In this document: positions 21,350 to 33,650 of the stretch, piece by piece | Layout: each line of letters starts with the position of its first letter | How positions within the stretch are numbered: the first letter of the stretch is position 1 | Assembly: GCA_963790305.1 (NCBI GenBank) | Contig: CAWBOC010000009.1 | Coordinates: 448,001-512,000, forward strand | DNA: 64,000 bases | Direction: 5' to 3' | DNA from: an uncultured Gemmatimonadaceae bacterium | GTDB taxonomy: Bacteria; Gemmatimonadota; Gemmatimonadetes; Gemmatimonadales; Gemmatimonadaceae | The notes under the pieces: model-generated | What the model was told of the DNA's origin: nothing | The model's input: only the letters and a program-made list of their open reading frames with translations | The model's database searches: none | Position numbers and translations under genes: made by a program

Positions 21350-23115
21350 ATGACCTCCCTTCCCACTCGGCGCGCATCCCCGCTCCTCGCGTTGGGGCTC
21401 GCCACCCTTGTCGCCGGCTGCGCCGACGGCGGGACCACCATCACCGCTCCCGTCTCCGCGACCGCGGTGGAGAACCTCGCGGCGGCCGATGTCCGACTGG
21501 CGGTGAAGGCGCAGGATCGCCACGCCGCGGCGCTCATGCGCACACCGGGCGTCGTGGGCACCGCCGTGGGGCGACTGCCTAACGGCCGCGTCGGCATTCG
21601 CGTCTTCGTGGCATTGGCGGCGACGCGCGACATCCCCCCACGGTCGACGGCATACCCGTCGCCACCGAAGTGACGGGACTCTTCGTTGCCCTCAGCGATC
21701 CCACGACGAAGCAGCGCCCGGCGCCTCTGGGATTCTCGGTCGGTCATCCCTCGATCACCGCGGGAACGCTGGGAGCGCGCGTCATCAGCGGGACAGGAAT
21801 CGTCCACATCCTCAGCAACAATCACGTCCTGGCGAACGGGAACAACGCGGCGGTAGGGGATGCCATCCTGCAGCCAGGGACGTTCGACGGTGGCACGACT
21901 GCCGACCAGATCGGCGCGCTCGCCGCGTTCAGGCCGATCGTGTTTTCGGGTACGGCGTCGAACACGATGGACGCCGCCATTGCCCAGGTAGATGGAAACG
22001 ACGTCGGCTTCGGGACTCCGACGGACGATGGGTACGGAGCACCGGGAACGGCACTGTTCGGCGACGCCGACGCCGACGGTGTCTTCGATGACAAGAACGC
22101 TCTGCTCGGCCTGCCGGTGCAGAAGTACGGCCGGACGACGAAGCTGACAAAGGGACAGATAACGGGCATCAACGCGACGCTGTCCATCTGTTACGAGGTC
22201 GTGTTCATCTTCTGCACGAAGTCGGCGCGGTTCGTCGACCAGATCATCATTGAGCCGGCGGGATTCAGCGGCGGCGGGGACTCTGGCTCGCTGATCGTCA
22301 CCGACGATGCGAACAAAAGTCCCGTCGCGCTGCTCTTCGCGGGAAGCTCGACGCAGACGATCGCGAACCGGCTCGACCTCGTGCTGGACTACTTCGACGT
22401 ATCGATCGACGGAGGCAACGCTCCCCCGCCAACGCCGCTGACCGACGTCGCCGTCACGAGCGTCAGCGCACCCGCCTCGGTGACCATAGGGGCAACCGCC
22501 GCGATCGCGGTGTCAGTTCGAAATGTCGGCAACCAGCCGGTTGCCTCGAGCTTCGATGTCACGCTGGTGGACGCGACGGATGCAGCAACGATCGGAACAC
22601 AGACCGTCGGCGGTCTCGGTGCTGGGGCGAGCGTGACACTCCAGTTCACGTGGAACACCACCGGTGCATCACTGGGATCGCACACGCTCACCGCGACGCA
22701 AGGCTTCTCGGATGAGAACGCCGCGAACGATCAGGCGTCGCGCACGGTGATCGTGAATTCTCCCAGCGTCGGCATGCACGTGGGCGATCTCGATGCCTTT
22801 CCCATGCGCGGCGCGACGAGCTGGTCGGCCACGGTCGAGATCGCCGTCCACGATGCGAGTCACAATCCGCTGAACGGCGCCACCGTCGTGGGGAATTGGA
22901 GCCGTACGGGACTGAACGCCAACACCTGCACCACTGGGAGCGGTGGCGGCAACGGGACGTGCATCGTGCTCTTCCCATCGATTCCGCTCAGCGCACCGCA
23001 GATCCGCTTTACCGTAACGCGAGTGACAAAATCGGGCTCGACCTACCAGTCCGGCGCGAACCACGACGCCGATGGCAACAGCAACGGAACCTTCATCATC
23101 GTGGCGCGGCCCTAG
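21350..23115 (+). CDS. Lipoprotein trypsin-like (clan PA) serine protease with propeptide and CARDB/Ig-like domains (frameshift in the C-run near 21635)
   Basis: VAGC lipobox; triad motifs SNNHVL, MDAAIA and GGDSGS; DVAVTSVSAP...VRNVGN...DENAAND CARDB; adding one C to ATCCCCCCA joins 21350..21673 to 21670..23115. Confidence 0.82.
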
Positions 23116-23131
23116 AGGCCGCGTACGGGTG

Positions 23132-23464
23132 ATGCGAACGCCGATTCAGCTTGCTGCCGGTGTACTCGCCTGCGCAATCGCGGCGTGCACCGGCAGCGGG
23201 ACGCGGCAGGAGACCAGAGTGCCATCGCGCAGTATCGAGCAGGTGCTGGCAACGCATACCGATTCCCTGATGTCGCTCCCGAGCGTCGTCGGAACGGCGA
23301 TCGGCGTTTGTGATGGTGAGCCGTGTATACGGGTCTTCGTCACCAATTCGACGGTCGCGAGCCGGCGGATGATCCCGACTCGCCTGGATGGGTATCTCGT
23401 TCGCGTCGACGTCACCGGCCCTTTTCGACCGTTGGAGGACCCGTCACCGAGCCGCGCACCCTGA
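23132..23464 (+). CDS. Small lipoprotein homologous to the propeptide of the upstream protease
   Basis: ATG at 23132; IAAC lipobox; LMSLPSVVGTAIG...IRVFV...IPTRLDG...VTG aligns with the protease N-terminus. Confidence 0.78.
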   Translation: MRTPIQLAAGVLACAIAACTGSGTRQETRVPSRSIEQVLATHTDSLMSLPSVVGTAIGVCDGEPCIRVFVTNSTVASRRMIPTRLDGYLVRVDVTGPFRPLEDPSPSRAP

Positions 23465-23468
23465 ACGG

Positions 23469-25031
23469 TCACCGCCGGCGCCGGCGCGTGCCGCCGAGCA
23501 GGGCGCCCATGAGCCCACGGGTAACCACGCCGGCGACCGTTCGGGCAAGCGGCGAATTCAGAGCTTGCTCCAACGCGCTTCGCGGCTCCCGCGTTGAGCG
23601 CGAGCGCTCGGTTCTCGTCGTCGATGCGGGCTCTCGGCCCGGTACGTCGTGCGTCGAAGACTGAGCGGCGTCGGCTGCTCGCGCAGCCAGCATTTCTCGC
23701 GCGCTCTGGCGGTCGACGGAGGCGGCGTACTCTCTCACTTGCGCCGATGCGCCCAGGCGCTGGCTCATCTCCGGTTCGGTCAGCGGGCTCATGCGCGACC
23801 TCGGCGGAATCATTCGCACGGCAAAGGGTGGCGTGGGGACGCCCTTCGTGTTCAAAACCGTCACCAGCGCTTCACCAATGCCGAGCGTGGTCAATGTCTC
23901 CTCGATGTCGTAGAACGCCGTCTTCGGGAACGTGCGCGCCGCGGCCCGCAGGGCCTTTTCGTCATCGGGGGTGTAGGCACGCAGCGCGTGCTGCACCCGG
24001 TTGCCCAACTGTGCGAGGATGTCGGCCGGAACATCCTTGGGGCTCTGCGTGACAAAAAAAACACCGACGCCCTTCGAGCGAATGAGACGGGCCACCTGCT
24101 CGACCTGCTCCTTGAACGCGGTGCTCGCGCCTTCGAACAGCAGGTGGGCCTCATCGAAGAAGAAGACCAGCTTCGGCTTGTCGAGGTCGCCCGCTTCGGG
24201 GAGCGTGTGGTAGAGGCGGGCGAGCATCCACATCATGAACGTCGATGACAGCGCTGGCTTCTCCTGGACGTCCTGCAGCTCGAGCACGCTCATCACTCCG
24301 CGACCGTCCGGCGCGACCTGGAGGAGGTCATTGAGATCGAACTCGGGCTCTCCGAAAAACGCGCCCGCGCCCTGCTGCTCGAGCTCGACCATCTCGCGAA
24401 GCAGCACGCCGACCGTCTGCTTGGACATGCCGCCGTACTCGGCGAGCTCCCCGGCGCCGGCGCCAGTCAGATGCTGGAGGACCGCGCGCAGGTCGCTGAA
24501 GTCGAGGAGCAGCAGTCCGCGGTCGTCGGCGTACTTGAAGACCATTGCCAGAACCGACGCCTGCGTCTCGTTCAGACCCAGGACCTTGGCGAGGAGAAGC
24601 GGCCCAAATGAGGACACGGTCGCGCGCAGCTGGGCACCGCGGGCCCCGGTAAGGCTGAGGAATTCCACCGGGTAGCCGTTCGGCGTCCACGCGAACCCTG
24701 TCTCGGCCGCACGCTGCGTGACGCGCGGAGATGCCTCGCCCGGCGCCGCGACTCCGGACACATCGCCCTTCACATCGGCGAGAAAGACCGGAACCCCAGC
24801 GGCCGACAGCTGCTCCGCGATGAGCTGGAGGGTCTTGGTCTTTCCCGTTCCGGTAGCTCCGGCGATCAGCCCATGTCGATTCATCATGGGAAGCGGGAGT
24901 CGTACCGTCGGCTCGGGATGTGCGGCGCCACCGTGCACAATGGCTCCAAGCGTGAGGGCGGTCTGTTCCGCTGGGAACGCACCGCGCGCCGCATCAAGTA
25001 CGTTCTGGTCCACGCTACTACTCCTGTTCAC
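23469..25031 (-). CDS. DUF853/YjgR family HerA-like ATPase
   Basis: NRHGLIAGATGTGKT, KPKLVFFFDEAHLLF, RLIRSKGVG and QLGNRVQHALRA motifs. Confidence 0.92.
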   Translation of the reverse strand: MNRSSSVDQNVLDAARGAFPAEQTALTLGAIVHGGAAHPEPTVRLPLPMMNRHGLIAGATGTGKTKTLQLIAEQLSAAGVPVFLADVKGDVSGVAAPGEASPRVTQRAAETGFAWTPNGYPVEFLSLTGARGAQLRATVSSFGPLLLAKVLGLNETQASVLAMVFKYADDRGLLLLDFSDLRAVLQHLTGAGAGELAEYGGMSKQTVGVLLREMVELEQQGAGAFFGEPEFDLNDLLQVAPDGRGVMSVLELQDVQEKPALSSTFMMWMLARLYHTLPEAGDLDKPKLVFFFDEAHLLFEGASTAFKEQVEQVARLIRSKGVGVFFVTQSPKDVPADILAQLGNRVQHALRAYTPDDEKALRAAARTFPKTAFYDIEETLTTLGIGEALVTVLNTKGVPTPPFAVRMIPPRSRMSPLTEPEMSQRLGASAQVREYAASVDRQSAREMLAARAADAAQSSTHDVPGREPASTTRTERSRSTREPRSALEQALNSPLARTVAGVVTRGLMGALLGGTRRRRR

Positions 25032-25141
25032 GCAACATTGGACCGGGAAATTATCGACGGCGACCCCGCTTGGCGAACCGGGCCTTGGCCGCTGACCCTG
25101 CTTCGCACCAGATTCCCCTCTCTCCCCTCGCCCTTGCCCTT

Positions 25142-25666
25142 ATGCTGATCTCTGACGACGTCAACACCGCGCTCAACGAACAGATCGGTCACGAATTCGC
25201 CGCCTCCGTTCAGTATGTGGCAATCGCCGCTCACTTCGACTGCGAGGGGCTGCCGCAACTCGCCCGCCACTTCTACCGACAGGCCGTCGAAGAGCGCGAC
25301 CATGCAATGCGCTTCGTAAAGTACATCGTCGACGCCGACGGTCGCGTCGAGATACCGGCGATCCCGGCGCCTCGCGCGCGCTTCGCCTCGGCGGAGGACG
25401 CGGTACAGCTCTCGCTCGAAAACGAGATGACGGTCACGAAGCAGATCAATGCGCTGATGGATCTTGCGATCAAGCGAAACGATCACATCACGCGCAATTT
25501 CCTCGAATGGTTCATCAACGAGCAGCTGGAGGAGGTGTCGAGCATGGACACGCTGCTCCGCATGATTCGCCGGGCCGGTGAGAAAGGATTGCTGTTCGTG
25601 GAGAGCTACCTCGCCCAGCATCGCAAGGTACACGACGACGCGCCACCGGTTGAGCAGGAGTCCTGA
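25142..25666 (+). CDS. Ferritin
   Basis: LNEQIGHE...QAVEERDHAMRF...FLEWFINEQLEE ferroxidase pattern. Confidence 0.92.
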   Translation: MLISDDVNTALNEQIGHEFAASVQYVAIAAHFDCEGLPQLARHFYRQAVEERDHAMRFVKYIVDADGRVEIPAIPAPRARFASAEDAVQLSLENEMTVTKQINALMDLAIKRNDHITRNFLEWFINEQLEEVSSMDTLLRMIRRAGEKGLLFVESYLAQHRKVHDDAPPVEQES

Positions 25667-27706
<2,040 letters not shown>

Positions 27707-27715
27707 GAATTTGCC

Positions 27716-28270
27716 ATGCCTTCGTTCGATCTCACCGGACATCAGATGGTGGCGCTCAGCCGCCCCTCGCTCGCGGCGCTCCGCACGGCGCTCATTCGCG
27801 ACGCCGGCCCCGCGGCCGCGGCGTATCTCCAGGAAGCCGGCTATGCGGGGGGCGAGACGCTATTCGCGTCGTTCCGCCACTGGCTCGGCACGCGCGGACT
27901 CCCGGAGCCCGAGGATCTCGGACTCGAAGAGTTCGAGCAGCAAGCGTCGGCGTACTTCCGCGACGCCGGATGGGGCTCGCTGCACATCGGCTCCTTGCGC
28001 GATGCGGTCGCGACGCTCGATTCCGCCGATTGGGGGGAGGCCGATCCGGACGCGGGGCTCGACCACCCGGGATGCCACCTCTCCACGGGCATGTTCGCCG
28101 ATTTCTTCGGCCGCATCGCCGACGCGCAGATCGCGGTGCTGGAAGTGGAATGCCGCTCGATGGGCGATCGGCGCTGCCGCTTCCTCCTCGGCAATCACGC
28201 CGTGATGTCGCACGTCTACGAGCAGATGGGGAGCGGCGCGGGGTATGAGGAGGCGGTAGAGAATGTCTAG
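27716..28270 (+). CDS. Stand-alone V4R (4-vinyl reductase) domain protein
   Basis: AGWG, GCHLSTG and EVECRSMGDRRCRF motifs. Confidence 0.82.
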   Translation: MPSFDLTGHQMVALSRPSLAALRTALIRDAGPAAAAYLQEAGYAGGETLFASFRHWLGTRGLPEPEDLGLEEFEQQASAYFRDAGWGSLHIGSLRDAVATLDSADWGEADPDAGLDHPGCHLSTGMFADFFGRIADAQIAVLEVECRSMGDRRCRFLLGNHAVMSHVYEQMGSGAGYEEAVENV

Positions 28271-28276
28271 AAGAGC

Positions 28277-28391
28277 GAATGCGGAATGCGGAATGCGGAA
28301 GGTCGTAAGACCCTGGGCGAGTAAGGGCTCCGATTAGCTAGTCGGAGCCCTCCGTATTTCCAGGTCTTACAATCTTCCGCATTCCGCATTC
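28277..28391. repeat. Long nested hairpin with 7-nt-periodic outer arms at a convergent junction
   Basis: (GAATGCG)x3 / (CGCATTC)x2 outer arms, GTAAGACC/GGTCTTAC middle arms, AGGGCTCCGA/TCGGAGCCCT inner arms. Confidence 0.85.
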
Positions 28392-28922
28392 TCATTTGTC
28401 CTTCAACGCGTCCGCATATTCGGGTCTGATGACCAACTCTCCATCCACGAGCACCTCCCGATCCCAGGGCAGGATGATGAGTGACTCCGTCTCCAGGGCG
28501 GCGAAATCGGGCGAGTAGCTCCCGGTGCGAAAACCCACGGCGGTTCGGACGTCCGCGGCGCCCGCATTCACGATCGCCGCCACCGCGAGGCGCAGCGTAT
28601 CGCCTGAGTCACAGGTTTCGTCGACGACGAGCACATGCTGCCCGATCACGGCGGCGGGGGCGGCGCCGAGAATGGCCGGCGTGTCCCGTGGCTCGTCGGC
28701 GCCGAAGCGCCGGCTCACGATCATCGAGTGAAAGTCCACGTCGAGGATCGCTGCGATCACCGCGCCGGGAATGACCCCGGCATTGGCGATGCCCACAACC
28801 AGGTCAGGGTTGTAGGAGCGAGCGACCTTCAACGCGAGTGCGCGCGAGAGCTCGCCGAATAGAGGCCACTCGACCTCGAGGATGCCGCGAGCGGGGTCGG
28901 TGGTGGCGCGTCGAGGGGTCAT
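28392..28922 (-). CDS. Type I phosphoribosyltransferase family protein
   Basis: VVGIANAG and PRPP-binding VLVVDETCDSGDTL; IILPWD. Confidence 0.88.
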   Translation of the reverse strand: MTPRRATTDPARGILEVEWPLFGELSRALALKVARSYNPDLVVGIANAGVIPGAVIAAILDVDFHSMIVSRRFGADEPRDTPAILGAAPAAVIGQHVLVVDETCDSGDTLRLAVAAIVNAGAADVRTAVGFRTGSYSPDFAALETESLIILPWDREVLVDGELVIRPEYADALKDK

Positions 28923-29167
28923 GCGCTGGCCAGCTCCATGTGACGGTTAGGCAGCGGCGACGCGCGCCGGCGTGATGCCGGACACCATCGTGGCAGCTTG
29001 CGAACCGTAAGCTACGCAAGCGCTTCACGGGACGGGAGCGCGGTTGCCGGGCGCCACTCCCATCGGTACCTTTGCGGGGCAGCGGAGCGGGTCTGGGCGT
29101 CATACTTTTGCAAGTCCACTCGCGCGCCTGGGTATCCGCCGCGCACGTTCTCATCGCCCCGTATCAC

Positions 29168-29623
29168 ATGTCCTGGTGGCGCCGTGTCTTCGGCGGGAAC
29201 TCCGAGCGTGTCAGGCCGAAGCGCATCGACTACCTCACCGAGGCGCTCGCGCTCGAGCGTCAGGGTGACTTCGATGCGGCGCTGACCTCGTACCGGCTCG
29301 CCCTGCGCGATCAACCAAACGATCCGCGCATTTTGCAGAACATGGCGATCGCCTTCTCCAAGACGGGCCAGCTGGATGACGCGGTGCGGTCGTATCGCCG
29401 CGCACTGGAGCTCGACCCGCAGCTCTCCGGTGCGCACTACGGCCTCGCCTACCTGCTGCTCAAGCGCGGAGATCTCGCGGGAGCGCAGCGCCACCTGCAC
29501 GCCTTTCTCTCGAACCCACCGAAGAGCGCCGAGGCGGATCGATGGGTGCGGCATGCGCAGCAGACGCTCGATCAGTTGGCATCGAGTGAGGGCTCCGCCG
29601 ACCCCGCGCGGGAGCTCGAGTAG
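29168..29623 (+). CDS. TPR repeat protein
   Basis: ATG at 29168; three TPR-like repeats (YRRALELDPQLSGAHYGLA). Confidence 0.85.
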   Translation: MSWWRRVFGGNSERVRPKRIDYLTEALALERQGDFDAALTSYRLALRDQPNDPRILQNMAIAFSKTGQLDDAVRSYRRALELDPQLSGAHYGLAYLLLKRGDLAGAQRHLHAFLSNPPKSAEADRWVRHAQQTLDQLASSEGSADPARELE

Positions 29624-29626
29624 GGC

Positions 29627-30394
29627 GTGGGTGAAGTTCTCGCGGTCGTCAGCCAGAAAGGCGGCGTCGGAAAAACGACCACGGCGGTGAATCTCGCCGC
29701 CGCATTCGCGCGCCGCGGACTGAAGACGCTGATCGTCGATGCCGACCCACAAGGCGCGGTGCGGTACGGCGTGGGGTTGCGACGCGGCCATGCCATTTAT
29801 GGTCTCTCGGACTATCTCAACGGCGCCAAGTCGCTCCGCGAGATCGTGCTGCCCACCGCCCTCCCGTGGATGCGGGTGGTGCTCGCGGGAAGTGTGAGCC
29901 ACGAGGTGGATCAGCGCATGTATCACGAGCTCCTCACCGAAACGGCCCTCCTGCCTCAGCTCTTCGAGGAAGCGCGCAAACGGTGCCATGTCGTCCTCGT
30001 CGACACACCGCCCGGCCTGGGCGACATTGTCCGCAAAGTGCTCGAGGGGAGCCAGCATGTGATCGTTCCGCTGCAGTGCGAGCCCCTTGCCCTGCAGACA
30101 ACGCCACAGATTCTCCGCGGCATCCAGGACGTCATCGACCTCAACGAGGATCTCACGCTCGACGGTCTCGTTCTCACCATGTACGACGCGACCAACGCGG
30201 CGTGCGTGCGTGTCGCAGAGTACGTCAGGCAACACCTGCCGCGGAACATGGTGTTCGATGTCATGGTCCCACGCAGCGCCGCGGCAGCTGACGCGTTCGC
30301 CGCGGGACAGCCGGTGGTCCTTCGCGATCCGGCGGACGCCGCCTCGCAAGCCTACGTGAATCTGGCGACCATCATGGCGGAGCGTTTCTCGTGA
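29627..30394 (+). CDS. ParA/Soj family ATPase (orphan)
   Basis: Deviant Walker A KGGVGKTTT, DADPQG and DTPP motifs. Confidence 0.92.
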   Translation: MGEVLAVVSQKGGVGKTTTAVNLAAAFARRGLKTLIVDADPQGAVRYGVGLRRGHAIYGLSDYLNGAKSLREIVLPTALPWMRVVLAGSVSHEVDQRMYHELLTETALLPQLFEEARKRCHVVLVDTPPGLGDIVRKVLEGSQHVIVPLQCEPLALQTTPQILRGIQDVIDLNEDLTLDGLVLTMYDATNAACVRVAEYVRQHLPRNMVFDVMVPRSAAAADAFAAGQPVVLRDPADAASQAYVNLATIMAERFS

Positions 30395-31185
30395 GGCCGG
30401 CGCACCGTCTCCTCGGCGTCCTCGTCGGCATGGGCGCTGTGCACGCGTGCTCCGAGGTCGGCACGGATCCCAACGTGCCCGTCGCGATCGAGATCGATGC
30501 GCCCCTGCTTCCCGCGATCGCGGTCGGCGACAGCTTGCGTGACACGCTGGGCGCGATTGCGACGATCACGGCGCGCGCGCTCAACTCGCGGAACGAGGTC
30601 ATCGCCGGCGCACCGATCAGGTTTTACGCTCTTCGGAACGACTCCGCCATCATCGCGGTCGATAGCGCGACCGGGCGCGTCGCCGGGCTTCGCGCGGGCG
30701 ATGCCGACGTCGTCGCCCAGATAGCCGGACTGCAATCGGTGCGATTGCTGGTACGGGTGACGCCTAGTCCCGACACCGTGTACCCGGTGTCGCCCCTCGT
30801 CGACAGTGTTCTCTACGCTCTGGCCGATGACACCGCCCGGACGATGAGGGTCGAGGTCGCCCGCCGGGATACGACGCTGGACGGGGGAGACACGCTCCGC
30901 CTGGTGCCGCTCTGGCTGGTGCGCTACACCATCGTCGATCCCCCCGATCTCGCGACGAACACCGACACGACGCGGGTGTATATCGCGAATGAATCGAATC
31001 GCTTGTCACGCGTCGACACGACCGATGCCGCGAATGGCGCGAGCCGGCGAATCCGATTTCCCATCGGCGCTGTGAGTGACACGGCGCGTCGGACGTTCGT
31101 CACCGAGGTTGTGGTGATGCGCCCGGATGGAACACCCCTTCCCGGCTCACCGCTCCTGTTCATCACCGTGATCCGTCCCCGCTGA
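30391..31185 (+). CDS. Lipoprotein with an Ig-like domain
   Basis: VHAC lipobox; IAVDSATGRVAGLRAGDADVVA Big_2-like pattern. Confidence 0.7.
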   Translation: MRPAHRLLGVLVGMGAVHACSEVGTDPNVPVAIEIDAPLLPAIAVGDSLRDTLGAIATITARALNSRNEVIAGAPIRFYALRNDSAIIAVDSATGRVAGLRAGDADVVAQIAGLQSVRLLVRVTPSPDTVYPVSPLVDSVLYALADDTARTMRVEVARRDTTLDGGDTLRLVPLWLVRYTIVDPPDLATNTDTTRVYIANESNRLSRVDTTDAANGASRRIRFPIGAVSDTARRTFVTEVVVMRPDGTPLPGSPLLFITVIRPR

Positions 31186-31188
31186 CCC

Positions 31189-33039
31189 ATGGCTACCGCC
31201 GTCGACTCCCGCCGCATCGTCAGCGGCGGCCCTCCCCCCACGCCGGGGACACTGGCCCAACTCTTCTTCGACGCCGTCGAGCGCTACGACAAGCCTGACG
31301 CGCTCCAGTCGAAGGTGAATGGCGTCTACCAGCCCCTCTCGCACCGGACTGTGGCCACGCGGGTGCAGCACATCGGGCTGGGGCTTCGCGCGCTGGGGGT
31401 GGAGCGCGGCGCCCGCGTCGGGATTCTTTCGGAGAACCGGCCCGAATGGGCAATCGCCGATTACGCGTGCCTGACGACGGGGCTGGTCGACGTGCCGGTC
31501 TATCCGACGCTGCCAGCCGAGCAAATCGCCTACATCCTCAAGGATGCGGGGGTGGTTGCGCTGTTCGTCTCGACCGACGTCCAGGCGGCGAAGGTGGCGG
31601 AGATCAGGCCGGGCCTTCCGGCGTTGCGCCAGGTCATCGGATTAGGCGAGAAGCTGTGGCCGGGCGTCGACATCACGTTCGCTGACCTCGAAGCAAGAGG
31701 AAAGAACGCGGCGGCGTCGGTGTCGGCGGAGCGTTACCGCCAGGACGCCCTTACCGCGAGGCCCGACGACCTCGCGACGCTCATCTACACGTCGGGAACG
31801 ACGGGCGAGCCAAAGGGCGTCATGCTGACCCACGACAACTTCTACTCGAACGTCGCGGTGTGCGCCGATGTGCTGCCTTTCAGAAACGATGTCGCGCTGA
31901 GCTTTCTGCCGCTGTCGCACGTCTTCGAGCGGATGGGGGACTATCTCATGATGGCGTGCGGCGTCTCGATCGCCTATGCGGAATCGATCGATACCGTGCC
32001 GACCAACATGCAGGAGGTCCGTCCGACGGTGATGATGTCCGTGCCGCGCCTGTACGAAAAGATGTACGCGCGCGTCCTCGAGAACGCGCTCGCCGGCGGT
32101 CAGGTCAAGAAGCGCATTTTCTTCTGGGCACGCCGCGTCGCCGACAAGTGGGCGGACGAAACCCTCGCGGGTCGTACGCCCGGCGGGCTGCTCGCGCTCG
32201 CCTATCGAGTGGCGCAGAAGCTGGTCTTCTCGAAGTTGAAGGCGCGAACGGGCGGGCGCATGCGCTACTTCGTGTCGGGCGGCGCGCCGCTGGCGCCGGA
32301 GATCAACAAGTTCTTCTACGCCGCCGGGCTCACCATTCTCGAAGGGTATGGGCTCACGGAGACATCCCCCGTCATCGCCGTCAACACGCCGGCGCATTTC
32401 CGGATCGGGACTGTCGGCCGACCCATACCGGGCGTCGAGGTCACGATCGCGCCTGACGGGGAGATCCTCACGCGCGGCCCGCACGTCATGAAGGGGTATT
32501 TCAACAAGCCGGAGGCCACTCGTGAGGCGATCGACGGCGAGGGCTGGTTCCATACCGGCGACATCGGGGAGCTTCGGGATGGCTTTCTGGCGATCACCGA
32601 TCGCAAGAAGGACATCATCGTGACGGCGGGCGGGAAGAACATCGCGCCGCAGCCGATCGAGAACATGATCAAGACGAACAAGTACGTCTCGCAGGCGGTC
32701 GTGCTGGGCGACAAGCGAAGATTTCCCGTGGTGCTCGTCGTTCCGAACTTCGAGCAGCTGGAGAAATGGGCCAAGATCAAGAATCTGCTCTGGACCGACC
32801 GCCGCCAGCTGATCAAGCTGCCGCTGGTGCAGGCGAAGATGGAGAAGGAGGTCTTGCGGAAGCTCTCCGGGCTCGCCTCATTCGAGACGCCGAAGAAGGT
32901 GGGGCTCCTGGAGACCGATTTCTCGATCGAGAGCGGCGAGATGACGCCCTCGCACAAGGTGAAGCGCCGCGTCATTGAGAAGCGCTATGCGGACCGCGTC
33001 GACCGTTTGTACGAGGAGGCGGACGCCACGGCAGCGTGA
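31189..33039 (+). CDS. Long-chain fatty acid-CoA ligase
   Basis: YTSGTTGEPKG, EGYGLTET, WFHTGDIG and DRKKDIIVTAGGKN motifs. Confidence 0.93.
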   Translation: MATAVDSRRIVSGGPPPTPGTLAQLFFDAVERYDKPDALQSKVNGVYQPLSHRTVATRVQHIGLGLRALGVERGARVGILSENRPEWAIADYACLTTGLVDVPVYPTLPAEQIAYILKDAGVVALFVSTDVQAAKVAEIRPGLPALRQVIGLGEKLWPGVDITFADLEARGKNAAASVSAERYRQDALTARPDDLATLIYTSGTTGEPKGVMLTHDNFYSNVAVCADVLPFRNDVALSFLPLSHVFERMGDYLMMACGVSIAYAESIDTVPTNMQEVRPTVMMSVPRLYEKMYARVLENALAGGQVKKRIFFWARRVADKWADETLAGRTPGGLLALAYRVAQKLVFSKLKARTGGRMRYFVSGGAPLAPEINKFFYAAGLTILEGYGLTETSPVIAVNTPAHFRIGTVGRPIPGVEVTIAPDGEILTRGPHVMKGYFNKPEATREAIDGEGWFHTGDIGELRDGFLAITDRKKDIIVTAGGKNIAPQPIENMIKTNKYVSQAVVLGDKRRFPVVLVVPNFEQLEKWAKIKNLLWTDRRQLIKLPLVQAKMEKEVLRKLSGLASFETPKKVGLLETDFSIESGEMTPSHKVKRRVIEKRYADRVDRLYEEADATAA

Positions 33040-33071
33040 GTTAAACAGCCGGGGAAACGGGGGGCGAGCCA

Positions 33072-33087
33072 CGGCATGGTTGGTGCA
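33072..33087 (+). promoter_or_regulatory. Possible sigma54 (-24/-12) promoter
   Basis: CGGCATGGTTGGTGCA = GG-N10-GC, about 40 nt before ATG 33126. Confidence 0.35.
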
Positions 33088-33125
33088 CTTCCGGACGGCG
33101 ACGTGACCATAACCGGAGCTTGATC

Positions 33126-33641
33126 ATGCGCAGGACTGTGTTGGCACTGGCGCTGCTCGCGGCGGTTCCCGCGTGCAGCCTGTTTCGTAAGGCGAAGCTG
33201 ACGGATTCGACGCCGGCGCACACCCCGGCGCAGAGCTCGACGCCGTTCGGCGAGTGGGTCCTGTTCACCGACCCTAACCAGACCGCCTTCGCCGGGGCCC
33301 GACGGGTCGAGCTCAGCCTCACGCCCTCGGACTTCAAGATGGTCGCGATCTACCCTGCGGGCGACCGTGTGGTCATCACGGGCCCCGCGTCGATTACGCC
33401 GAGCGGGTTGCTGACGCTCATGCCGCAAAACGCGACCGCGATGGTGTCAGGGGGGCGGCCCCCGATTCTCGCCGGCCAGACCATTCAGGTGTTGGCGAGT
33501 GCGGCCGACAACACAATGGTGTTCGCGTCGCCCGAAGGCATGAACCCGACGCCGAGCTCGGTGTGGCATCGGGTCGACAAGGCGCGCGAGGCCGGCCAGG
33601 TGCCGGTTCCGGCCAGAACGGCGGGGACGGACTCGCTGTAA
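33126..33641 (+). CDS. Hypothetical lipoprotein
   Basis: MRRTVLALALLAAVPAC signal peptide; GGAG upstream. Confidence 0.72.
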   Translation: MRRTVLALALLAAVPACSLFRKAKLTDSTPAHTPAQSSTPFGEWVLFTDPNQTAFAGARRVELSLTPSDFKMVAIYPAGDRVVITGPASITPSGLLTLMPQNATAMVSGGRPPILAGQTIQVLASAADNTMVFASPEGMNPTPSSVWHRVDKAREAGQVPVPARTAGTDSL

Positions 33642-33650
33642 GGGCTAGTC

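Noticed and set aside
28277..28391. Possible CRISPR array or tRNA in the repeat/hairpin elements
   Set aside because: There are no repeats of about 30 nt with unique spacers, no cas genes and no cloverleaf or T-loop motif.
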